Shown piece by piece: positions 26,045-36,760 of a DNA stretch of 64,000 nucleotides (positions are counted from its first letter, which is position 1; the number at the start of each line of letters is the position of its first letter). Under the pieces are notes generated by a model. The model was not told the origin of the DNA. It searched no databases and was given only the letters and a program-made list of their open reading frames with translations. This stretch comes from Octopus bimaculoides (lineage: Eukaryota), in NCBI RefSeq assembly GCF_001194135.2, contig NC_068981.1, positions 83,195,133 to 83,259,132 of the forward strand. Reading direction: 5' to 3'. The translations under genes were made by a program, and so were the position numbers.

Positions 26045-27040
26045 ATATAAATACGATAATGTGCTCCAACTATGCGAACCTGTTCATTAGTTACGTTAAT
26101 TCACTGGTCCCACACCGGAACTATACACGAACAACTAGACTCCTTCGTCTCTTTTGTCCCATCCTTCCCAAACCAAGCCCTCCATCACCTATTCCCAATT
26201 CCTCCGTCTGCGCAGGCTCTGCAGTGACAATCATGGCTCGCTACTTCATCCTTCGTGGATATCCCCTCACCACTATCCACACTGTCCTTGCCAGAACCTG
26301 TTCCGTGGACTATGCCTCTGCTCTCTCTCCCCGCACNNNNNNNNNNCACTATCCACACTGTCCTTGCCAGAACCTGTTCCGTGGACTATGCCTCTGCTCT
26401 CTCTCCCCGCACCCGCCCCGCCACTTCCCGTATCCAGTTTCCCTCACCTACAACTCCTCCACCCTGCTCTTCTAAAGCACTATTCTCCGAGCCTTTTGGC
26501 GACTCCAGTCCGACCCCTCCCCTTCACACATCTTCCCCAACCAACCCGTTCCCTCCTTCAAACGAGCCCAGAATCTACGTGACCTCCTGGTCAACAGTTT
26601 CTTCCCTAACCCCACCTCCCAACCCGGCTCGTCCCCCTGCTCCTGCTCACGCTGCCGCATTTGCCCCTACATCTCCAACACCACCATCCTCACAGGCACC
26701 CATCATCGTCCCATCACATCCCTGACTCCTTTACTTGCACTTCTAGCAACGCAATTTATTGCATCTCCTGCTCTTTCTGTCCTTCTCTGTACATCGGTCA
26801 AAGGGACGCCGCTTTGCTGATCGGTTCGCGGAGCACCTCGGTGACATTAGACTCGGCAATGACACTCCGGTCTCGCGCCATTTCCACTCTACCCGTCATT
26901 CATTACAACACCTGTCTGTGTTTGGATTGTCTTTGCACAGGGGCTATCCGGACACCCGCCTTCGCCGTGAACAAGATTTAATCTTCTCTCTTCGATCCTT
27001 TGTGCTACGTGGGCTCAACTCCCCTCCCCTCTCCATCTGA
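26045..27040 (+). pseudogene. Penelope-like element, decayed RT C-terminus plus GIY-YIG endonuclease
   Basis: Fragments NYANLFISYV, FTGPTPELY, SHP..KPSITYSQFLRLRRLCS, RGYP, FKRAQNLRDLLV, FTCTSSNAIYCISC..CPSLYIGQ, GRRFADRFAEHL, VSRHF, REQDLIFSL..GLN; frameshifts, and the YIDD region is deleted. Confidence 0.9.
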
Positions 27041-27486
27041 CACCCCTTCTCTCCTCAATCTTACACACCTCCTTTATTGATACCCACTCCATCCACACCC
27101 TACCCCAACACATCCCACTCCCACCTACCCCATATCCTTACCCCAAACCTACACCCCACCCTCAATTCCTCACTTCCCACACCTCAACACCGCCACACCA
27201 CACCACATCATACCACCTCGCACACACTAGCACTGACCACTTCCCAGCACTCATACCATCGTCCACATACCCACACATTACAGACGCACACACGCATACA
27301 TCCAGACGTCAATGTCACCAACCCCTATCCACGCACACACAGTCTCACACGCACACACGCACGCGCACCTTCATTTTGGGATCACCACCACTTTATTATC
27401 TCCCCTTCTTCCTAGCTCTGCTGTCTAACTACCTTTGTCCAGCCTGTCGCGATTACTGGCCGCTAACTCTCTCTGTTTATTTCCTC

Positions 27487-27562
27487 GTGTTTCTTTCTGT
27501 TGAAGAGCGTAGGCTCGAAACGTAAAAGACTTTCTCACCTTTCCGAGCGTCAAACTAATACA
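27487..27562 (+). ncRNA. Hammerhead ribozyme-like motif in the Penelope 3' terminal region
   Basis: CTGTTGA-A-GAGC-gtag-GCTC-GAAACGT...GCGTC: stem II, stem III (ACGT/GCGT) and a GUC cleavage triplet; A6 replaced by U. Confidence 0.55.
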
Positions 27563-27588
27563 CCAGTTTGTTTTTTATNNNNNNNNNN

Positions 27589-27620
<32 letters not shown>

Positions 27621-28272
27621 TAGAATAAGTAGAACTTTCTTTGTACAGTATTATATACTTGAAGAAACGAACTGAAATGGCTTTTATGATAATTTTACGA
27701 CTTTAATAATTAGAAATATCTAATTATTAAAGTGGAAAAATTATCAGGAAAGCAATTCCCATTCATTTTTTAATATATGTGTGTGTGTCTGTGTGTGTGT
27801 GCATGCATACCTGTATACAAACATACGTACAAACATACACACACATACACACATGTACTCAGTGAGGTATTACAAAATATGGTATTTATTTTCCTCGTGA
27901 TTGATTATATGCCATTTTGACTGTTCATCTTAAACACCCCTAAACGTCTATTTTGCTACTTATTCACTCAGTCCCCGCCCACTCGTTCTGTTTCTCTCGA
28001 ATATATTAAATGATACAAAGTAGTCGGTTTCTTTCATGTTAGAGTCATTGCATACTGTGCTCTTAACAACTGGTAAATACCACAGTACGGATAAGTAATA
28101 TGAAAAAAATGTAGGATTATGTATGTATTTGAGTATATACCTCTATCTATTTGAGCATTAGTGTGATTTCGTATGAATATACAACTGATACATTTTCTCT
28201 CTCTATTTCTCTCTGTCTCTCTCTATTCCTCTCTCTCTCTCTTTCTGTTTGTCTGTTTGTCTCTCTCTCTCC

Positions 28273-28322
<50 letters not shown>

Positions 28323-28370
28323 GGAGCTATTGCCCCCACTATATATATATATATATATAGTGGGGGGGGG

Positions 28371-28555
28371 GGCAATAGCTCGGTGGTTAGATCAGTGGAC
28401 TTGCGGTCATAAGGTCGCAGTTTCGATTCCCAGACCGGGCGTTGTGAGAATTTATTGAGCGAAAACACTTAAAGCTCCACCAGGCTTCGGCAGGTGGTAG
28501 TGGTGAACTCTACTATATTCTTTCACCACAACTTTCTATTGCTCTTTCTTCCTGT
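28371..28555 (+). mobile_element. SINE family C, 5' half
   Basis: A box tagctcggtggttag, B box gtttcgattccc, body gagcgaaaacacttaaagctccac. Confidence 0.85.
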
Positions 28556-29347
28556 GTCTGTTGTACCTGTATGTATATATGTATGTATGTATCTGTATGT
28601 ATGTCCGTCTATCTATTTGTCATATATGTGCGTGTGTAATACATATGTATATATATGTATGGGCATAAATATGTACATGTTTATACATGCCTATATACAT
28701 AGATGTGCGTATGTGTATACATGCATATGCATACATGCTTACATATATATACACATCTGTGCATTTGTATGCGTACGAATGAACTTTCTATACATGATTA
28801 AAAGCCATTAATGCTATAGTGTCTATTATTATGCATATTTGAGACGCTCGAAAGCCCTGATATTGTGGTTACCTTTGAACGTGCCGCCACATGCCCGAGT
28901 TCTTTGGTGGCATATCTAATCCCTAGAACGGCTTAATTCCACCTCCTTAAACTTATTCTTCATTTAATGGTGGCCACTCCTTTGCATGGACACAACCCCT
29001 ACCTACTCTTTTAAGGATTAACTTTTCCCGCCCTGTCATCGTTACCTCTCAAACGTTGAAAAATATATTACACGTGTTGATCCTCGATCTGAGTAAATTA
29101 TTCCCCAAAATCTCAACTCTGGGAAAGAGAGATTACTACTACTACTACTACCTTCAGCGGTGTTTCTGAAGACTAAAATACGGGGGTGGGTTAAAAACGT
29201 TCTTAGGTTCACTACGAAAGAGTGAAGCTAGAATTGTGAAATCTTGCATGCATTTATTTCGACTCATCTTATTAATAATTGCATTGTTTTTTTTTTCCAA
29301 GTAAACTAACATCTGACTGTTCAGAGCAGACCTTAAAAGCAACTAGC

Positions 29348-29535
29348 ATGAAAATGGACAAAAAAAGTGGCAATATGAACTTATCAAGTACCTGCAGAGA
29401 AAAGGTTTAAACCTCCAGCGACATTCATGCTGGCATAGTTGTCACATTGGGGTTGACACTCCAGCTTTCTCAACAGTGCAAAAGTGAACAACTGTATTTA
29501 GGAGGGGAAGGTAGAGTTTTGATGATGAACCAAAA
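29348..29535 (+). pseudogene. Mariner transposase N-terminal remnant
   Basis: MKMDK..LIKYLQRKGL..DIHAGIVVTLG.DTPAFSTVQK*..FRRGR*SFDDEP. Confidence 0.75.
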
Positions 29536-29904
29536 TTACCATGTTCCTAGTCAATGGGTTACTTACACGTAAATAATAGCAGAGTATGATATCTTAATAG
29601 AATGAATGTCAATTTCTAAACAATATTTTAAAATCTGCCCAATTATTTTGCAGGCTTTTTTTTCGCTTTCACTCAATTCCTTCAGTTTTGCTGCTCATGC
29701 AAGCTTCATACATGCATACACCGAGGAAATTTAGAAGACAAAAATAAGTACTACCGTATCTCTGTATCAAACTGCTGAGGCGATAAGCTATCCTCAGATA
29801 TGAAGTTCTAAATCCTCGTAAACTCCATACTAAACGGGTCTGCATTTTCGCAGCTAAAGACCTCTAAATGACTTTCTTTCATCATTTTGTTATTCACTGT
29901 TTAA

Positions 29905-30113
29905 TACGAGGGAGGGCTGAAAAGTTTTTGGCTTTAAGGGTATCGCGAAAGGCCTGATTCGAGGCCTAAACTTCTGAGTGCTTTTACAGGACTTACAAAA
30001 ACTGAAGGATCGTTGCAATAAATGTACGAATCTGAAATTGGAATATATTGAATAAAATCATAATTGACTGATCCTCCTGTATTTTCTTTTACTCAAAGTC
30101 AGAAGCACCTCGT
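29905..30113 (+). mobile_element. Mariner-derived MITE (~210 bp)
   Basis: TA+cgagggagggctgaaaagt left end and agcacctcgt right end; retains the transposase C-terminal peptide KLKDRCNKCTNLKLEYIE*; inverse copy at 59409. Confidence 0.85.
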
Positions 30114-30692
30114 CTGCTAACAAAACGTCAGAAGATATTGGCACAAAATGGTAATTATACAATTAATTGAATGAATCGCTTTTTGTTTAAAACTTGTCTT
30201 ATTTTCGTTTAAAAACCGGATTTTCTGCCAACCCAGTATTAAATTTATTTATGCAATAAATTTATATTCTTTATTAAACATGTGTATGTGTTGTGCGTGT
30301 GTGCCTCTATGTTCTATGTATGTGTGTAAAAAGTGTATCTAAATTGTATGACGTAACTGCTCAGACGTTATGCTTCATTTACCCCAATCTTCAGCCTAAA
30401 ACTTAGCATGATTCATTTAAAATTCAGTCTTAAATATAAACGTATTCTGTTTGATAATGCCTCACTAAACCTGTGCTTCCGTATAATGATTCCGCTTTTG
30501 TTTGGGTTTTTATATACTTCATTGTTGGTATCAAACAAATGTTTCACTCAAATACTTTTCAATGAATCTGCCTAATTTACAGAAAAGAAATGTCTTTCAA
30601 ATTACTTTGAAATCACGTGTCACACTTTCACCCCGTCTCACTCCGTTTCCCCTCTCTCTCTCTCTCTCTATTTGTATATATGAAAGCATGCA

Positions 30693-30804
<112 letters not shown>

Positions 30805-31990
30805 TGTATATAGGAGCACACACCTTAATGCATGTGTCGCTACGTGTTTGAATGCATGTGTTAAGAGAGAGTGAGGGGGTAGAAAGACAGAGACAAAGGG
30901 AGAGAGGAGAGAGAGAAAGCCAGATAACAAGAGAAGAGGATCTGTTTCCATGGTGTACTTTAGAAGAAATATGTCCAATATTGGTCATGATCTGTAACTG
31001 TTCATAAAAAGTATTCTCCCTCCTGCAACTATAACACTTTGAACACGTTTGATGATGAGTATTTAATTCGATGAAACGCATTACATGCTTCTGAATTAAG
31101 GTGTAAGTTGGTAAATATTCCACAGATAGGTGTACCCTTAAAATAATTCTCAGGTAGAATCAGGGTCAGGCAGTATGGTTCAAGGCTGTCTCTTTAAATT
31201 ACCGGTACAATCCAATCAATGGTCTTCTGCACATTTTTGACTTACTGAATTTCACTCACAAGTTGGATTTGCAGGAGCCTATTTATAATTGACATTTTTC
31301 CAAGATAGCATGCGGTCTTCGTGGTTGTGAAGCAAATATTTTAACCTTTCGGTCGTACTGCACCTGCATACGTACACATGCATAAACACATGCGTGCGCA
31401 CACATCTATTTAATATCTATGTATGTATATATAGATAGACATATAGATACATACATACATAAACACACAGACACACATACACACGCACGCACACACACAT
31501 ACACACACACATTGATATGTAGAATAACAGTGACTAATTTTCCATGTATCACAAATAGTTAGTGGGTTATATATATATATATATNNNNNNNNNNNNNNNN
31601 NNNNNNNNNNNNNNNNNNNNNNNNNNNNNNNNNNNNNNNNNNNNNNNNNNNNNNNNNNNNNNNNNNNNNNNNNNNNNNNNNNNNNNNNNNNNNNNNNNNN
31701 NNNNNNNNNNNNNNNNNNNNNNNNNNNNNNNNNNNNNNNNNNNNNNNNNNNNNNNNNNNNNNNNNNNNNNNNNNNNNNNNNNNNNNNNNNNNNNNNNNNN
31801 NNNNNNNNNNNNNNNNNNNNNNNNNNNNNNNNNNNNNNNNNNNNNNNNNNNNNNNNNNNNNNNNNNNNNNNNNNNNNNNNNNNNNNNNNNNNNNNNNNNN
31901 NNNNNNNNNNNNNNNNNNNNNNNNNNNNNNNNNNNNNNNNNNNNNNNATATATATATATATATATATATAGATATACATGACTAAAGGCG

Positions 31991-32459
31991 GAAAATGCAC
32001 ACAGTTTATATATTTTTTTAGATATTTTGAAAAATAGAATATTATGAAAGTCTACTGGTTTCGGGTTTCACAACCCAGGACATTGAGATTGGTGAAAATA
32101 TTGCTATTTTGTACTTTCTTAAGGAGTTTTAGTCCATTCTGCTTGTATGAAAGTTGGAGCAACAAAAAAAAAAAAAAATAGTGTCGCCTACAAAAATGTG
32201 TACTGTTCCAAAAAACAACTTTAATTATCGCGAATAATAACAATCACCATTTACCTCCCCTTAGATTTTTCTACACGCTTGTTCGTTTACAAACAAATTC
32301 TTATGTAACCAACATGGACTAAAATCTCCTTAAGAAAATACTAAATTGCTATATTTTCACCAGTGTCAATGTCATAATTAGCAACACACGAAACCAGTTG
32401 ACTATCATAATATTCTATCCTTTAAAATATATTAAAATATATAAATTGTGTGCATTTTC
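31991..32459. mobile_element. Foldback/MITE-like element with ~145-bp inverted arms
   Basis: gaaaatgcacacag...ttttagtccat (31991 to ~32136) is the reverse complement (~80% by eye) of atggactaaaa...gtgtgcattttc (~32314-32459). Confidence 0.8.
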
Positions 32460-32621
32460 TTTCTTTTGTTATATATTTTTCACTAGAATTCTGTCTGTCT
32501 GTATGTATGTGTATGTATGTATATGCATGTATATGCATGTATATAGTATGTATGTATGTATGTATGCATGTAGTAGTGTATCTATATATATATATATATA
32601 TATTAATATATATATATATTA

Positions 32622-32655
<34 letters not shown>

Positions 32656-33444
32656 TAGGAGAAAGATGCAGTGGAATGNNNNNNNNNNNNNNNNNNNNNN
32701 NNNNNNNNNNNNNNNNNNNNNNNNNNNNNNNNNNNNNNNNNNNNNNNNNNNNNNNNNNNNNNNNNNNNNNNNNNNNNNNNNNNNNNNNNNNNNNNNNNNN
32801 NNNNNNNNNNNNNNNNNNNNNNNNNNNNNNNNNNNNNNNNNNNNNNNNNNNNNNNNNNNNNNNNNNNNNNNNNNNNNNNNNNNNNNNNNNNNNNNNNNNN
32901 NNNNNNNNNNNNNNNNNNNNNNNNNNNNNNNNNNNNNNNNNNNNNNNNNNNNNNNNNNNNNNNNNNNNNNNNNNNNNNNNNNNNNNNNNNNNNNNNNNNN
33001 NNNNNNNNNNNNNNNNNNNNNNNNNNNNNNNNNNNNNNNNNNNNNNNNNNNNNNNNNNNNNNNNNNNNNNNNNNNNNNNNNNNNNNNNNNNNNNNNNNNN
33101 NNNNNNNNNNNNNNNNNNNNNNNNNNNNNNNNNNNNNNNNNNNNNNNNNNNNNNNNNNNNNNNNNNNNNNNNNNNNNNNNNNNNNNNNNNNNNNNNNNNN
33201 NNNNNNNNNNNNNNNNNNNNNNNNNNNNNNNNNNNNNNNNNNNNNNNNNNNNNNNNNNNNNNNNNNNNNNNNNNNNNNNNNNNNNNNNNNNNNNNNNNNN
33301 NNNNNNNNNNNNNNNNNNNNNNNNNNNNNNNNNNNNNNNNNNNNNNNNNNNNNNNNNNNNNNNNNNNNNNNNNNNNNNNNNNNNNNNNNNNNNNNNNNNN
33401 NNNNNNNNNNNNNNNNNNNNNNNNNNNNNNNNNNNNNNNNNNNN

Positions 33445-33499
<55 letters not shown>

Positions 33500-34110
33500 T
33501 AGGAGAAAGATGCAGTGGAATGCGATATACATGCTTTGTGTGTGCGGGGTTCGTGTGTGTGTTTCTGTGTGAAAATGTGCGTGTGGGTATGTGTGACGTG
33601 TGATTAGTCGTTATGGTGTTGCAGTCATGGTTACAAGAATCCTGTTTAGATATATACATGTATATATTTAGAGAGATAGATTCATAGATACGTAAGTGTA
33701 TGAAAAGACGCATTCATAGATACATAAAGACATAAATACCCACATGCATATTTTCACTAACCTACTAAACCCAGTTCCGTATCACCGTAAAACAAACATT
33801 ACACCTACACAAGCGTTCATTAAATGTAAAAAGGTAATTAGCAAAGGCTCTAAAAATGGGGAAAGTAAGGAGCACAGGTGTATAATTCAGTAATGTCAAT
33901 ACTGACATGGGAAATACCTTTGACTGAGATTCTCAAAAAAGACAAAAAATTCCCATTATTAAACATAAGACAGTGGAGCGGTGAGTATAAATAGAAATGG
34001 TTCTATGACACATACGTAATAAACTGAGTGATGTATTCTTTTATAACTGTTGTTTGTCGTATTCATGGCAGCCGGTGCCATGAGTTTGAAAAAAAAGTAT
34101 CTAAATTACA

Positions 34111-34278
34111 TTAGGCGTTCGCATGGCTGTGTGGTGAGAAACTAGCTTCTTAACCACATGGTTCTAGGTTCAGTCCCACTGCGTGGCATCTTAGGCAAGT
34201 AGCATCTTAGGCAAGTAGCATCTTAGGCAAGTGTCTTCTATTATAACCTCCGAACGACCAAAGCGTTATCAGTGGATA
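34111..34278 (+). mobile_element. SINE family A head with an internal 16-bp triplication
   Basis: tRNA head catggctgtgtggtgag...ggttcagtcccactgcgtgg; gcatcttaggcaagt(a) occurs three times at 34186-34232. Confidence 0.85.
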
Positions 34279-34418
34279 TATATAGTTATGGTATATTTCG
34301 TTAGAAAAGTGGTAAAGTGCACTATAAAGCTCGTCCACCTTCAGAATTGCCTAGTACTGTCCGGTAATATTGTTGCGTACTTCCAAATTTAAGCTTGGGC
34401 ATTCGTCATGCGTGAATT

Positions 34419-34844
34419 TAAAATTGAAGAAATTGTAGTCACAAGAAGGAGTACTGCTGGCAGTTATTCTTTAATCGCTACAATTGTTTCGACGCAACGT
34501 AGTTCTCCAGGAATACAGGTATTTGATTATACAGCTGTTTATTTGCACAATGAGGTCCAGTTGTGTTTCCTCTGGCGATATTCGCGTGCTGTCTCCATTA
34601 GTCCATTAGTTTAAAATCGTCGATTTCAAGGACATCCCCTCCTTGAAGTCGACGATTTTAAACTAATGGAGACAGCACTCGCATATCACGTGAAGAAACA
34701 CAACTAGATCTCATTGTGAAAACAAAGAGTTGCATAATCAAATACCTGTATTCCTGGAGAACTACATTGCGTCGAAACAATTGTAGCGACAATAAAATAA
34801 CTATCCAGCCGTACTCCTTGTTGACACCAATTTCTTCAATTTTA
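34419..34844. mobile_element. Fully palindromic 426-bp foldback element (TA ends)
   Basis: Arms 34419-34632 and 34640-34844 are reverse complements (taaaattgaagaaattg...ttcaagga / tccttgaa...ttcttcaatttta) around a ~7-nt loop; the left arm has an 8-bp duplication tccattag. Confidence 0.9.
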
Positions 34845-35204
34845 TATATATATATATATATATNNNNNNNNNNNNNNNNNNNNNNNNNNNNNNNNNNNNN
34901 NNNNNNNNNNNNNNNNNNNNNNNNNNNNNNNNNNNNNNNNNNNNNNNNNNNNNNNNNNNNNNNNNNNNNNNNNNNNNNNNNNNNNNNNNNNNNNNNNNNN
35001 NNNNNNNNNNNNNNNNNNNNNNNNNNNNNNNNNNNNNNNNNNNNNNNNNNNNNNNNNNNNNNNNNNNNNNNNNNNNNNNNNNNNNNNNNNNNNNNNNNNN
35101 NNNNNNNNNNNNNTATATATATATATATATATATATGCGCGCGCGCGTGTGTGTGTGGGGGTACGTATGTGTATATGTTTGTGTCCGTCTGTGCGTCTTA
35201 GTGC

Positions 35205-35407
35205 GTGTGTGTGTGTCCACAATCGCTTGACATTAGGTGTAGGTTTGTTTACGACCGCACAACCATGCTGCTCGGCAGAAAGGTAAGATACAATAAATAT
35301 CAGTCTTAGAAAGAGATAAGTATTGAGTTCAATCCATTCGACTAAAAATTCTCCAAGATGGTGCCCCAGCATGGCAGCGGCCTTAGGACTGAAACAAGTA
35401 AAGGATA
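35205..35407 (+). mobile_element. SINE family A, 3' half (diverged)
   Basis: aatcgcttgaca...ggtgccccagcatggcagcggccttaggactgaaacaagtaaa. Confidence 0.75.
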
Positions 35408-35439
35408 TTGAAAAATAGTTCTCAATGATGGTGTCTATA

Positions 35440-35620
35440 GTGGGCTGGCAGAATCGCTAGCGCATCGGACAAAATGCTTAATGTATTTCGTCTAGCTTTT
35501 TACGTTCTGACCCTCAAAATTCCACTGAGGTTAATTTTGCCTTTTATCATTTCGGTGTCGATGCAATCGATTTGCTGCTTCCCCTCAAAGTTACTAGCCT
35601 TGTGCCTAAATCGGAAAAAA
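35440..35620 (+). mobile_element. SINE family B (B1 tail)
   Basis: gctggcagaatcgctagc head; ccccctcaaag..gccttgtgcctaaa-type tail. Confidence 0.7.
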
Positions 35621-36308
35621 AACTATTGTAAGTAGTAGTAGTAGTATATAGCAAATGCGATATATTGTGATTTCAAAAACAGTTTTTTTCCCCCTAAATT
35701 AACTATGCTAAGACCGAAATGAACCTTGCCTTTCATCCTAGGATGATCGATAAAGAAAGAATATATATACAGAGTATGAACTGGCAAAAATGTAAGAACA
35801 CTGTACGAAGCGCCTTGCTGTATTTGAGCGAGTTCTTTGCGTTCTAAGCTCACAATGATCTCTTGTAGACTTAACTTGTCGACTTATTTATCTCCTTTAC
35901 CTCGCACGTTAATAGATACCAACCTATGGCCTATATCTTTAATTTTGAAATATCTTCCCCCGCTACTTTCAAACCTTCAACCATTCTCAGAAGATGTTTG
36001 AATCTTCTACCTTCCTTGTTGATAACGAAAAAGCGACAAGGGGGAAAACAAACCAAACACAAGCAAATAATTCTTCTTTAATACCGTGATATAAGTTGTA
36101 AGTTATATGAGAGGATGTGTTGTGTATGCGAGGTATGTGTGTGTGTGGAATATAAATGTGTGAGTTTGTGTGTGTGTGGAATATGAATGTGTGAGTTTGT
36201 GTGTGTGTGAAGCGGAACATCGACTCCGTGCCAATAAAGGGAGTCATCATACATAGCACAGACTTTGACCAATAAAAGAAAAATCCTTCTTAATAAATTA
36301 CATATAGT

Positions 36309-36543
36309 AAGGCGGCGAGCTGGCAGAAACGTTAGCATGCTGGGCGAAATGCTTAACGGTATTTCGTCTGCCGTTACGCTCTGAGTTCAAATTCCGCCGA
36401 AGTAGACTTTGCCGTTCATCCTTTCGGGGTCGATAAATAAAGTACCAGTTACGCACTGGGGTTGATGTAATCGACTTAATCCGTTTGTCTGTCCTTGTTT
36501 GTCCCCTCTGTGTGTAGCCCCTTGTGGGTAGTAAAGAAATAAG
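36309..36543 (+). mobile_element. SINE family B, subtype B2 (LINE-like tail), well preserved
   Basis: A box tggcagaaacgttag, B box gagttcaaattcc; tail tttgtctgtccttgtttgtcccctct...gaaataag. Confidence 0.92.
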
Positions 36544-36760
36544 AAACGTTATCATACCATAAACGTTATCATATCATCTCGTCCACCATTACGTTCTGAG
36601 TTCAAATTCCCCCGAGGTCGACTTTGCCTTTCAGTCACTAAAATAAGAACCAGTAGAGCACCGGTCTATAAAATAAGTACCAGTGGAGCACTGGGATCGA
36701 TGTAATCGGATTTCCCCTCCTCCGAATTCGTTAGCCTTGTACCAAAATTTAGAAAACATA
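36544..36760 (+). mobile_element. Head-truncated, decayed SINE B1 directly after the B2 copy
   Basis: Begins aaacgtta; contains ttacgttctgagttcaaattcc, gtcgactttgcc, and a gccttgtaccaaaattt tail. Confidence 0.75.

Noticed and set aside
26277-26412. ~65-bp direct duplication inside the Penelope ORF
   Set aside because: The two copies are identical and flank a 10-N gap, typical of overlapping contig ends
28840-29140. Complex sequence possibly from a decayed LINE
   Set aside because: No frame gave a convincing RT or endonuclease motif
32652-33521. 28-bp direct repeat tacagtaggagaaagatgcagtggaatg resembling a long TSD or LTR
   Set aside because: The copies sit at either edge of the 32679-33444 gap, so this is likely an assembly overlap
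36309-36400. SINE heads with A and B boxes as tRNA genes
   Set aside because: They cannot form a full cloverleaf and continue into SINE bodies and tails
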